64,000 bases of DNA from Shigella phage JK32, in sequence record MK962753.1. The stretch is one strand, 5' to 3'. The notes under the pieces are model-generated. The model was not told where the DNA came from. It searched no databases and saw only the letters and a program-made list of their open reading frames with translations. Below, piece after piece: positions 19,430-26,695 of this stretch. Numbering within the stretch: position 1 is the first letter of the stretch; each line of letters starts with the position of its first letter. A program made the position numbers and the translations under genes.

Positions 19430-19458
19430 ATTATGCTATGTTCTTACTTTGGTGTCAA
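19430..19458 (-). promoter_or_regulatory. early promoter
   Basis: TTGACA, 17 nt, CATAAT; inverted repeat flanks -10; conserved ACACCCATCGAAACGA downstream. Confidence 0.65.
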
Positions 19459-19466
19459 CAACTTTT

Positions 19467-19736
19467 TTAGATATTTTCAGAAATAAATTTTAAAACTTGA
19501 CGTAAATGCTTCTCATCTTTGATAGTCGCCGGAAGTTCTTCTTTTACTTCCTGTGCAAGATAGATATTGCCGTTCCAAGTGAAAGATCCGTCTTCGTTTA
19601 CGCGATAGCTGAACATCCATTCGCAATCATTTTCGATTTCATATACACACAGAAGGGTGTAATCTTCAAAGCTATTGATTTCAAGGTCGAGGCCGTGACG
19701 TTTTGCAAAGTTGGTAGTGGTTTTAGTCAATGCCAT
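19467..19736 (-). CDS. hypothetical small protein (89 aa)
   Basis: ORF with SD AGGAGAA. Confidence 0.6.
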   Translation of the reverse strand: MALTKTTTNFAKRHGLDLEINSFEDYTLLCVYEIENDCEWMFSYRVNEDGSFTWNGNIYLAQEVKEELPATIKDEKHLRQVLKFISENI

Positions 19737-19776
19737 TGTTTGATTCTCCTAAGTAGTATCTCGTTTCGATGGGTGT

Positions 19777-19805
19777 ATTATGATATAGGCGTGATCTGGT
19801 GTCAA
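19777..19805 (-). promoter_or_regulatory. early promoter
   Basis: TTGACA, 17 nt, CATAAT. Confidence 0.65.
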
Positions 19806-19828
19806 CAACTTTTTTAAAATTTAGGCAA

Positions 19829-19852
19829 TAAAAAGCCGACACTAAGGTCGGC
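19829..19852 (-). terminator. rho-independent terminator
   Basis: GCCGACCTTAGTGTCGGC hairpin plus U-run on minus strand. Confidence 0.65.
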
Positions 19853-19857
19853 ACATT

Positions 19858-20112
19858 TTAAAAATTCTTGCTATATATGCAAGCCTCATAATCTAGAGGA
19901 TGACCGCCAATCCTACCAGGCTTAATATTCCAACCGCATCGATATTTGCTGACCATGCTAACCGTTTCGGTTCTTAGAGCATTTCTTTGCAAATCATACC
20001 CCCTAAATTCTTGTCTATAAGGACAGTCCGCTTTGCAAGTTGGCGGTTCTACGTCATTTAGCGGGTCAGAAGCAGTTGGCTTTATTATCAATTCTTTGTT
20101 TGCAATAATCAT
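19858..20112 (-). CDS. hypothetical Cys-rich ORF overlapping 3' end of upstream gene
   Basis: Open frame between 59-aa gene and terminator; start uncertain (ATG at 20112 or 20142); no clear SD. Confidence 0.35.
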   Translation of the reverse strand: MIIANKELIIKPTASDPLNDVEPPTCKADCPYRQEFRGYDLQRNALRTETVSMVSKYRCGWNIKPGRIGGHPLDYEACIYSKNF

Positions 20113-20245
20113 AAGCACATCCCATTGAAGGCAATTTAACATCTTCGCAATAAGTGTTGAATCCGTCAAATACAATCACTTCGTATTTGACTCCATCGGC
20201 GATAGCTTTTACTTTATACCATCCATGCTTGTATAAAATCTTCAT
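20066..20245 (-). CDS. hypothetical small Cys-rich protein (59 aa)
   Basis: ATG at 20245 with SD GAGGGAAAT; track start is TTG. Confidence 0.5.
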   Translation of the reverse strand: MKILYKHGWYKVKAIADGVKYEVIVFDGFNTYCEDVKLPSMGCAYDYCKQRIDNKANCF

Positions 20246-20276
20246 CTTTATTTCCCTCAATCTCGTTTCGATGGGT

Positions 20277-20305
20277 GTATTATGCTATACACAGGATCTA
20301 GTGTC
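20277..20305 (-). promoter_or_regulatory. early promoter
   Basis: TTGACA, 17 nt, CATAAT. Confidence 0.65.
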
Positions 20306-20329
20306 AACAACTTTTTAAAATTTTATGCA

Positions 20330-20353
20330 ATAAAAAAGCCGACACTAAGGTCG
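20330..20353 (-). terminator. rho-independent terminator
   Basis: Same hairpin as 19829..19852 followed by U6 on minus. Confidence 0.65.
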
Positions 20354-20363
20354 GCTAATAAAA

Positions 20364-20669
20364 TCATTTAGACAAATAATCATTCTGTGCAATCCGGTCG
20401 GCATGTTCCGGCGTTACGTCAATTGCAATCACTTTAACGCGCGCTTTCTTGACTGAATTTTCTCGTAGCCAGTGCGTGTGACCGTGCACATTTTTATATT
20501 TTGATGCGGTTTCGAAGGTACGGATCGGACCTGGGTAATCAGCGTAAAGGATCTCTAGGTCATCGGTGATGTAAAAATATACGTTGTAATTACTGTTCTC
20601 TAGCTTAAGCAGAGACTTTCGGAACATTGGGAGATTTTCGCGGGTAAATTCAAAGATATTATCTTTCAT
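20364..20669 (-). CDS. HxHW-family small protein, paralog A
   Basis: 101 aa; motifs YFYITDDL ... HGHTHW ... VIAIDV..ADR shared with five neighbouring ORFs. Confidence 0.65.
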   Translation of the reverse strand: MKDNIFEFTRENLPMFRKSLLKLENSNYNVYFYITDDLEILYADYPGPIRTFETASKYKNVHGHTHWLRENSVKKARVKVIAIDVTPEHADRIAQNDYLSK

Positions 20670-20692
20670 AGTATTATCCTCAATAGTTGGAT

Positions 20693-20713
20693 GAAAAGGG
20701 GGCTTAACGCCCC
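20693..20713 (-). terminator. hairpin terminator (likely partial)
   Basis: GGGGGCGTTAAGCCCCC followed by TTTTC on minus. Confidence 0.45.
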
Positions 20714-20719
20714 CATATA

Positions 20720-21007
20720 TTAAAACAGTCCTTCCTGTACACCGTAGTAGAGTTCGTCGCTGATAATTTCATTAATGCGACGGTGTGCATATTCCTGATT
20801 TGCGAAGTTGTCAGCAAGTTCTACTTTAGTTTCGCCGTCATGAGTCCATTTAGTGATAACTTTACCGTCTGCAAATTTGAAGTTGAACTCTTTAGCTACT
20901 GCATCGCGTACCAGACGTGCAAACTTATTGTTGCGGATTGCATTATCGGTTTCGTGTGCAGCGTGAGCAAATTTGTTAACTTTCAGCGTGATAGTGATGT
21001 ATGCCAT
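20720..21007 (-). CDS. hypothetical small protein (95 aa)
   Basis: SD GGAGAA; early promoter upstream. Confidence 0.6.
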   Translation of the reverse strand: MAYITITLKVNKFAHAAHETDNAIRNNKFARLVRDAVAKEFNFKFADGKVITKWTHDGETKVELADNFANQEYAHRRINEIISDELYYGVQEGLF

Positions 21008-21053
21008 AATTTGATTCTCCTAGTTAGAAAGTGTATCTCGTTTCGATGGGTGT

Positions 21054-21082
21054 ATTATGCAATACACCCGATCTTATGTCAA
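21054..21082 (-). promoter_or_regulatory. early promoter
   Basis: TTGACA, 17 nt, CATAAT; upstream gene stop abuts the -35. Confidence 0.65.
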
Positions 21083-21088
21083 CACTTT

Positions 21089-21367
21089 TTATAAAATAAT
21101 TTTTTGATATTTTTCTATGATGTTCGTGTAATCCACATCAACCGCTATCACCGTTGCTTCGAATCCACCGTTTAGCCAATGGCTATGGTCATGATCGTGA
21201 AAGAAACCAAGACCAGTACGAAGACCTTCTTTATATTCGGCGCGTACATTTAGATCATCATCGATAAACAGATAAAACCATGAATTTTTACTAGGATTGA
21301 TGATACAACCTTTCAGATTAGGGAGAATATCACGACTAAGAATAAACTTATCACCTACTTTGAACAT
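21089..21367 (-). CDS. HxHW-family small protein, paralog B
   Basis: ATG at 21367 with SD GTGAGGA; motifs WFYLFIDDDL ... HDHSHW ... VIAVDV. Confidence 0.65.
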   Translation of the reverse strand: MFKVGDKFILSRDILPNLKGCIINPSKNSWFYLFIDDDLNVRAEYKEGLRTGLGFFHDHDHSHWLNGGFEATVIAVDVDYTNIIEKYQKIIL

Positions 21368-21371
21368 AATA

Positions 21372-21692
21372 TTAGTCCTCACTTATAAGGTCAAACCAAT
21401 TGTTTTTCGCATAATGCTTAATGCGTGCTTGATCTGCTTCCGCTGGTGATAGATTCCATGCAACCACTACAACTTCTGACGCATCGTCATCCGTTTCTGA
21501 TACCCAATGATTATGATTCATACAATTGTTTGCTATCGCGTGAGCAAATGATTTCATCACTGGAGACGTATAATCATAGTAACGGATTTTCAGATTTTCA
21601 TCAACGTACAAATAGATCGTATAAGGTTTATATTCAGTAACCAGTAACAGACAGTTACGCAATTCTGGGAAAATATTTTTAGTTAATTTCAT
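21372..21692 (-). CDS. HxHW-family small protein, paralog C
   Basis: 106 aa; YLYVDENL ... HNHW ... VVVAWNL..AEADQ; SD GGAGAA. Confidence 0.65.
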   Translation of the reverse strand: MKLTKNIFPELRNCLLLVTEYKPYTIYLYVDENLKIRYYDYTSPVMKSFAHAIANNCMNHNHWVSETDDDASEVVVVAWNLSPAEADQARIKHYAKNNWFDLISED

Positions 21693-21894
21693 ATTCTAGT
21701 TCTCCGTAATACACGGTAATCCATTTTTCTTCATACTTTGTATCTTTCCAACACACAATCCCGTTTACTGTGCAATCTTTGGAATTGACGAATGATTCAT
21801 ATTGTTCTGCATCTTCCATCATTGCATGAGCGGTCTTTTCATCGAATATATCGCAGATCGCTTTATATGCTCGATAATCTTTAAATTTGCTCAT
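21679..21894 (-). CDS. hypothetical small protein (71 aa), tandem duplicate 1 (MSKFKDY family)
   Basis: N-terminus MSKFKDYRAY, paralogous to adjacent 21897..22106; ATG at 21894. Confidence 0.55.
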   Translation of the reverse strand: MSKFKDYRAYKAICDIFDEKTAHAMMEDAEQYESFVNSKDCTVNGIVCWKDTKYEEKWITVYYGELEYEIN

Positions 21895-21896
21895 AA

Positions 21897-22106
21897 TTAA
21901 GACCACTCAAGAGTTTTTGAAAACACATCTATCCATTGTTGAGTATATGCGGTTTCTTTCCATGATACAATACCAGTCGAATAATGGTTTTTGTTTCCAG
22001 AAAAGGACGGGCATTTTGAGGCATCTTCCATCATCTTTTCGGCGAACTCTGGTTCGTATACTCGCAAGATCTGTTGATATGCTTTATAATCTTTAAATTT
22101 GCTCAT
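21897..22106 (-). CDS. hypothetical small protein (69 aa), tandem duplicate 2 (MSKFKDY family)
   Basis: N-terminus MSKFKDYKAY; SD AAGGTAG. Confidence 0.55.
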   Translation of the reverse strand: MSKFKDYKAYQQILRVYEPEFAEKMMEDASKCPSFSGNKNHYSTGIVSWKETAYTQQWIDVFSKTLEWS

Positions 22107-22371
22107 AATTGTTAACTACCTTATCAGCTTCTTTTATTGTTTTTACATCAACTGCGATAATCCGTAAAGGTTCGTCGAAGGTCCACCAATGATCGTGAAT
22201 ATCGGCTTGTGATTTATCACCAAAGGAATCACGAATATCATTTTTACATTTATAGCTAATGTGACCTTCATAGTCAACATAAAGGTAATTATCGAAAATC
22301 GGCGTTTTTAAGATCATACCGAAAAATCTTTCTTTGTGTGTCTTATCCAGTGTTGCAGTAATTCTCATCAT
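22093..22371 (-). CDS. HxHW-family small protein, paralog D
   Basis: 92 aa; YLYVDYEG ... HDHWW ... IIAVDV..EADK; SD AAGAGGAA. Confidence 0.65.
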   Translation of the reverse strand: MMRITATLDKTHKERFFGMILKTPIFDNYLYVDYEGHISYKCKNDIRDSFGDKSQADIHDHWWTFDEPLRIIAVDVKTIKEADKVVNNYEQI

Positions 22372-22383
22372 AATATATTCCTC

Positions 22384-22563
22384 TTAGAAAGGGATGGTCA
22401 TTTCTTGAGCTTGTACATTCTCGTTAGGATTAAACTTCATCCAACCGATATTGTCTACCAGCATATGCACATTTTTATCATATCCTACGTGAGTAGTCAA
22501 TACTGTATGTGCTTTACCTTCAACGATGATTTCCATGTACTTCTGAACTTCGATAGCTTTCAT
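22384..22563 (-). CDS. hypothetical small protein (59 aa, below track cutoff)
   Basis: Hand-translated ORF starting MKAIEVQKYMEI; SD GGAGAATC; early promoter upstream. Confidence 0.45.
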   Translation of the reverse strand: MKAIEVQKYMEIIVEGKAHTVLTTHVGYDKNVHMLVDNIGWMKFNPNENVQAQEMTIPF

Positions 22564-22595
22564 TTTGATTCTCCGTTTGTTGTCTTGATGGGAGT

Positions 22596-22624
22596 ATCTT
22601 ACTACTCCCTTTAATCATTGTCAA
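22596..22624 (-). promoter_or_regulatory. early promoter with inverted repeat around -10
   Basis: TTGACA, 17 nt, TAAGAT; GGGAGTA ... TACTCCC inverted repeat flanks the -10. Confidence 0.6.
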
Positions 22625-22627
22625 CGA

Positions 22628-22795
22628 TTATTTGTTAATTTCCGGTGCGTTGCTTGGATAGTAACCTTCTTTAACACCCAGATATTTTGCAACCATTCCG
22701 GTGATCTTCTGTGCTACTACGATATCGAATTTCAGGTAGTCTTCACCGTGGTTTGCTACAATGTATGCTTCGCATTCTGCTTTAGTCTGGAACAT
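22628..22795 (-). CDS. hypothetical small protein (55 aa)
   Basis: ATG at 22795 with SD AGGAGAATC; track ORF starts further upstream. Confidence 0.5.
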   Translation of the reverse strand: MFQTKAECEAYIVANHGEDYLKFDIVVAQKITGMVAKYLGVKEGYYPSNAPEINK

Positions 22796-22829
22796 TTTTG
22801 ATTCTCCTATATCTCGTTGGTATGTGTGC

Positions 22830-22859
22830 ATTATAGGGGATCGGTGACCCCCCTGTCAA
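22830..22859 (-). promoter_or_regulatory. early promoter with palindromic spacer
   Basis: TTGACA, spacer GGGGGGTCACCGATCCCC, TATAAT. Confidence 0.65.
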
Positions 22860-22866
22860 CAACTTT

Positions 22867-23169
22867 TTATTCTTCGTCTTTATCTTTATATGCGTATTTC
22901 ATAAATTTGTCTGCCACTTCGTCCGCGTTTTCAGGTTCTACGTCTGACGCTAGGACAACAGCTAGTTCGGTTTTGTCGTTTCCATCATACCAATGATTAT
23001 GAGTGTCGTTTTCTTCGATATAAAACGAATCATTTGGAGATGGGCGACAATATACGTCTAAATTCCCATCGATATAAAAGATCCAATCCGAATACAAAAT
23101 GATTGTTTTAGCCAGATTTTTATTGTCTCTTACAAAAGGTTCCGCGACAAATAGCTTAGTTTGTTCCAT
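22867..23169 (-). CDS. HxHW-family small protein, paralog E
   Basis: ATG at 23169 with SD GAGGAGA; IFYIDGNL ... HNHW ... AVVLASDV..ENADE. Confidence 0.6.
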   Translation of the reverse strand: MEQTKLFVAEPFVRDNKNLAKTIILYSDWIFYIDGNLDVYCRPSPNDSFYIEENDTHNHWYDGNDKTELAVVLASDVEPENADEVADKFMKYAYKDKDEE

Positions 23170-23185
23170 AGTAATCTCCTCAAAA

Positions 23186-23377
23186 TTATACAACTTCGTA
23201 AACTTCCCAATGTCCAACACCGGAACGCTTAACGAAAAGGTTTTCTTTGATGTTATTCATAAACGTCTGGATGGATTTAATGCGGTTGGAAGGTTTCCAG
23301 TCTTCGTTGGCATTGCGGCGATACATAATAACATTACCAGTTCTCTTATATTCAGCAACCATTTTAAGACCACACAT
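23186..23377 (-). CDS. hypothetical small protein (63 aa)
   Basis: SD GAGGA. Confidence 0.5.
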   Translation of the reverse strand: MCGLKMVAEYKRTGNVIMYRRNANEDWKPSNRIKSIQTFMNNIKENLFVKRSGVGHWEVYEVV

Positions 23378-23434
23378 AATATTATCCTCAATTTATGGGA
23401 GAGTATTACCCCTCCCAATGATTGTTATATTACA

Positions 23435-23755
23435 TCACATAAAATGGCGTTTCAATGCTTCTTTTGCGGTTCCGCTAAGACTTTCGATCTCGCCTGGCAT
23501 AACATCAACTGCCAGAACTTCTACAACATCCTCTGACCCCAACCAGTGAGTATGACCTTTGTAGAACTTGATAACCAGACTACCTTCCTCATCCCATTTA
23601 ACGCTATCGCTAGCCCACCACACATCACCGTCGATAAAGTTGATGTAAAGCACACTACGCCACATTGAATTAATTACTTTCAATACTGCGCCTTTCATAT
23701 CTTCCACGGTGTGGTCTTCCATTTTGAAGACCTCGCCTACCTGAACTTTTGCCAT
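23435..23755 (-). CDS. HxHW-family small protein, paralog F
   Basis: 106 aa; YINFIDGDV ... HTHW ... VLAVDV; SD GAGAGGTGA. Confidence 0.65.
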   Translation of the reverse strand: MAKVQVGEVFKMEDHTVEDMKGAVLKVINSMWRSVLYINFIDGDVWWASDSVKWDEEGSLVIKFYKGHTHWLGSEDVVEVLAVDVMPGEIESLSGTAKEALKRHFM

Positions 23756-23772
23756 TTAGTCACCTCTCTTTA

Positions 23773-23952
23773 TTACATAACAATCACGCCAGCCGTTGAA
23801 AGTTGATGTTTCAACTGAGCATTTTCTGCTACTGTCAAATCAATGATTTCTTGTGACGCTGCAATCATATAACCATTGGTGATATTGTTTTGCATCAGTT
23901 CAATGGTTTCTTCGTTGTAGCGGATTTTAGCGATGATTTCGTTGAAGTTCAT
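23773..23952 (-). CDS. hypothetical small protein (59 aa, below track cutoff)
   Basis: Hand-translated ORF starting MNFNEIIAKIRY; SD AGGAGAATC; promoter upstream. Confidence 0.45.
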   Translation of the reverse strand: MNFNEIIAKIRYNEETIELMQNNITNGYMIAASQEIIDLTVAENAQLKHQLSTAGVIVM

Positions 23953-23986
23953 GTTTGATTCTCCTAGTTCGTTTCGGTATGTGTGT

Positions 23987-24015
23987 AGTATAGGGGATCA
24001 CCGATCCCCTGTCAA
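23987..24015 (-). promoter_or_regulatory. early promoter with palindromic spacer
   Basis: TTGACA, spacer GGGGATCGGTGATCCCC, TATACT. Confidence 0.65.
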
Positions 24016-24028
24016 CAACTTTTTTGAA

Positions 24029-24505
24029 TTATTTTTCTTGATGCTCGCGCTCGTACTTTTCGAAATAAAATTCTACTGGCTGGTCGTGGATTGACAGTAA
24101 GCCAAAGCGTTTAGCCGCTCGCAACCCCATATTGCGCTGAATGTACTTCTGGAAGTTCTCGCGTATACACTTACGCCAGTATTCTAAGCCCATACAGCTT
24201 TTATAAAGATTGCATTGCACACACGCCGGATTCATGTTATCAAGTATATCATGCTCCGGTTTATGCATTCCTACAACCTTATACTTCCACGATCCATCAT
24301 CATTACGGGCAATTCGTCCATTTTCATCATAGACTACTTTTGAGCGTCGTAATACTGGTTTGATGTGGTCTGCGTGCCAGCGATCCCCTAGTTCCTCGCC
24401 ACAATAGGCACAACGTCCACCATATTTCATTTTCAGGATCTGGCGTTGCTCTTTCTTTGACAATTTTTTAGGTTTAGGGGCTTTCGCCCCTTCATTATCA
24501 CACAT
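24029..24505 (-). CDS. HNH endonuclease
   Basis: 158 aa; CxxC ... HADH ... N ... CxxC HNH-type motifs; start overlaps ligase stop (ATGTGTGA). Confidence 0.75.
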   Translation of the reverse strand: MCDNEGAKAPKPKKLSKKEQRQILKMKYGGRCAYCGEELGDRWHADHIKPVLRRSKVVYDENGRIARNDDGSWKYKVVGMHKPEHDILDNMNPACVQCNLYKSCMGLEYWRKCIRENFQKYIQRNMGLRAAKRFGLLSIHDQPVEFYFEKYEREHQEK

Positions 24506-26000
24506 CGAATACCTCTTTTACTGTATTTGCAGTGGTCTTGTCGTAGCGAATACGTTTGATGATCGGGAGAAATAAAGAGAACTCCGGTTCATCTTCTTTA
24601 CGTGATTTGCTGCGGATATACCCGTTGCATGTCATCTCAATGACTTTTCCAATCAGGTTATGACGGTCAGCCCATAACATTTCTCGGTCAAGTTCATTTC
24701 GACGATCGAACGGAATTACACGTTCGATACCATCATCACCTTTTTCGGTTGTAGTGTCGGTTAATCCCGATCCGGTGTTAGTCATCATTCGTCCACACGC
24801 ACTACGGACAGTAAAACCGCCTACCTTATTGGGGTCTTTACTATGCGGATATACATCAACAATTTCCGCGTCGAAGTCAATCACTTCTTTAAATTTAACC
24901 TGATCTTTACTACGGCGATCTTCAAATACACCATGCAGATTTTTAAGGATAATACCTTCTAAGCCCATGTTTACATAGCGATGATATACTTCGCGAGCTT
25001 CATCGATATTGTTAACTACAGTATTTTCGATTATCTGAACACGAGGATCGTTAAGTTCTTCAACAATCTGTTTTAGTTCTTCGAATCGATCTTTATATTG
25101 CTTCGTTGCTTTCTCGTTTCCGTAATACACATCACGGTCGATAACATCCCAGACAGTGTAAACAATACATTGGGCTTCTTCTTTTGGAATAGTTCCTTTC
25201 AGTGATTTGTTGAGGATACCATTTCCGGTCTGACGATCTGCAACAACGGATTCTTTCACTGCTTCCGCTACTGGCGTTAATGGCATTTCCTCTTCTTCAA
25301 ATATCCATGACAGAGTACCATCATAAACGCTCTCAACGAAGTTCTGCGCTGGTGTTTGCGAAAGGGTAGGCATATATACCAATTCGCCATCTAGAACAAT
25401 TCCACGGCCTCGTAGACGCTCTAAAACCGCAAACAAATCATCAAGCCCCTGATAGGTATTACCTGAACGGGTATAGATTGCTAATGTTTCCCCGTCAATA
25501 TCAGCCATACCACGAGCGCCATCGCTTTTAAGTTGTGCATATGCAGGATATTTGATATTAGCAATGGCCTTATCAGAATATGACGATGCAAGGTGGCACG
25601 GCTGCTGGGGGATCAGTTTCTTCCATACCTTGTTTGCAGTGGTAGCGGAACAACCGCATTCCAGATCACGATTCAGGACCATCATTGCAACTTTAGCATC
25701 ATCTTCTGACAAGCAAGTCAGAGTATCGGTAACTAGCTGTAATGCTGCATTACCAGTTACTTGACGCGTGGCAAGTTTATTTTTAAAGACCTGTAATGCA
25801 CCGGATAAAGACAATACAGACGAATAACGCGATGGTTTATCGTATTTCTTTACGCCAAACGTAACCTGTTTGCAATATGCCAGATAAAAGCATTCTTTCA
25901 GCGTTTCATTGCTTGCAGATTCTTTCAGAATCTTTTCTTTCAGCGATGTTTTGTCTGTTGCTGCAAGCTGATTAATGATATTAAGAATTGACATTTTCAC
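24498..26000 (-). CDS. 30: ATP-dependent DNA ligase gp30
   Basis: 500 aa (T4 487 aa); adenylation motif KSDGAR; position after alt region as in T4. Confidence 0.9.
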   Translation of the reverse strand: MKMSILNIINQLAATDKTSLKEKILKESASNETLKECFYLAYCKQVTFGVKKYDKPSRYSSVLSLSGALQVFKNKLATRQVTGNAALQLVTDTLTCLSEDDAKVAMMVLNRDLECGCSATTANKVWKKLIPQQPCHLASSYSDKAIANIKYPAYAQLKSDGARGMADIDGETLAIYTRSGNTYQGLDDLFAVLERLRGRGIVLDGELVYMPTLSQTPAQNFVESVYDGTLSWIFEEEEMPLTPVAEAVKESVVADRQTGNGILNKSLKGTIPKEEAQCIVYTVWDVIDRDVYYGNEKATKQYKDRFEELKQIVEELNDPRVQIIENTVVNNIDEAREVYHRYVNMGLEGIILKNLHGVFEDRRSKDQVKFKEVIDFDAEIVDVYPHSKDPNKVGGFTVRSACGRMMTNTGSGLTDTTTEKGDDGIERVIPFDRRNELDREMLWADRHNLIGKVIEMTCNGYIRSKSRKEDEPEFSLFLPIIKRIRYDKTTANTVKEVFDV

Positions 26001-26460
26001 CTCGTTTTGTTAAACGTTCACGAATATCATTGAGGATACTACAAAATTCCGATTCGGTCAATATGGTCTTTAACGGATCTGATCCACCTATGCTATGACG
26101 TAATTTCTTATTTCCGGTAGCGAGTAATGCTTTACAAAATTCTGGGTTATTCCGTGCCATCGTAACAAATGCCAGATGTACCAGTCTGTAATAATGCTCA
26201 CTCATTCGATGAATCTGGCGACCCTGAAAATATAACATGTGATTCTCAACCTTTTCAGTCCTTCCGGTTCTTTTTGCTTTGCCACCGTGCATCAAAAAGA
26301 TTTCTCTTTGTCTCTGAGGGTTCTTAAATCTTAGACCCTGTAAAAATCCTTCTGTGCTGTTAATATCGCAACCAAATAGACGGAATGGTCTTTTATTGAA
26401 GTTGCTCAATTCACCCGATGGATAAGGTCCACCCGCATAGATATCAATTTCAGAAGTCAT
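25981..26460 (-). CDS. NADAR-domain (YbiA/DUF1768-like) protein, putative ADP-ribose-processing enzyme
   Basis: 159 aa; N-terminal GGPYPSGELSNF ... FRLFG ... STEGFLQGLRF resembles NADAR signature; 3' end overlaps ligase start by 20 nt. Confidence 0.65.
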   Translation of the reverse strand: MTSEIDIYAGGPYPSGELSNFNKRPFRLFGCDINSTEGFLQGLRFKNPQRQREIFLMHGGKAKRTGRTEKVENHMLYFQGRQIHRMSEHYYRLVHLAFVTMARNNPEFCKALLATGNKKLRHSIGGSDPLKTILTESEFCSILNDIRERLTKRGENVNS

Positions 26461-26614
26461 TGAAACTAATCTCGCTAATCAGAGAGAACGGATCATAATC
26501 GTCATTAGGAATATCGATAGTAATCGAGTGAGGATTTACCCATACACCAAACTGGTCTTCTTCGGTGAATACTTCGGTATGGATTTCGTGGATGTTTACA
26601 TTCATAGTTTTCAT
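26450..26614 (-). CDS. hypothetical small protein (54 aa, below track cutoff)
   Basis: Hand-translated ORF starting MKTMNVNIHEIH; SD AAGGAA; 3' end overlaps NADAR start. Confidence 0.35.
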   Translation of the reverse strand: MKTMNVNIHEIHTEVFTEEDQFGVWVNPHSITIDIPNDDYDPFSLISEISFNDF

Positions 26615-26656
26615 AATAAAATTCCTTAATAATCAATAACTTACAAAATCATATAG

Positions 26657-26685
26657 CCAAAATATAGGCGGGATTATTTCCCGCC
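26657..26685 (-). terminator. rho-independent terminator after gene 31
   Basis: GGCGGGAAATAATCCCGCC hairpin then T-rich run on minus. Confidence 0.55.
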
Positions 26686-26695
26686 GTTTAAATCA

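Larger units (their letters stand above)
19758..19852 (-). repeat. promoter-stem-loop-terminator cassette, copy 1 (near-identical to 20258..20353)
   Basis: ~95-bp module (conserved 5' leader, early promoter, terminator hairpin GCCGACACTAAGGTCGGC) repeated ~500 bp away at ~85% identity by eye. Confidence 0.7.
20258..20353 (-). repeat. promoter-stem-loop-terminator cassette, copy 2
   Basis: Near-identical to 19758..19852. Confidence 0.7.
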
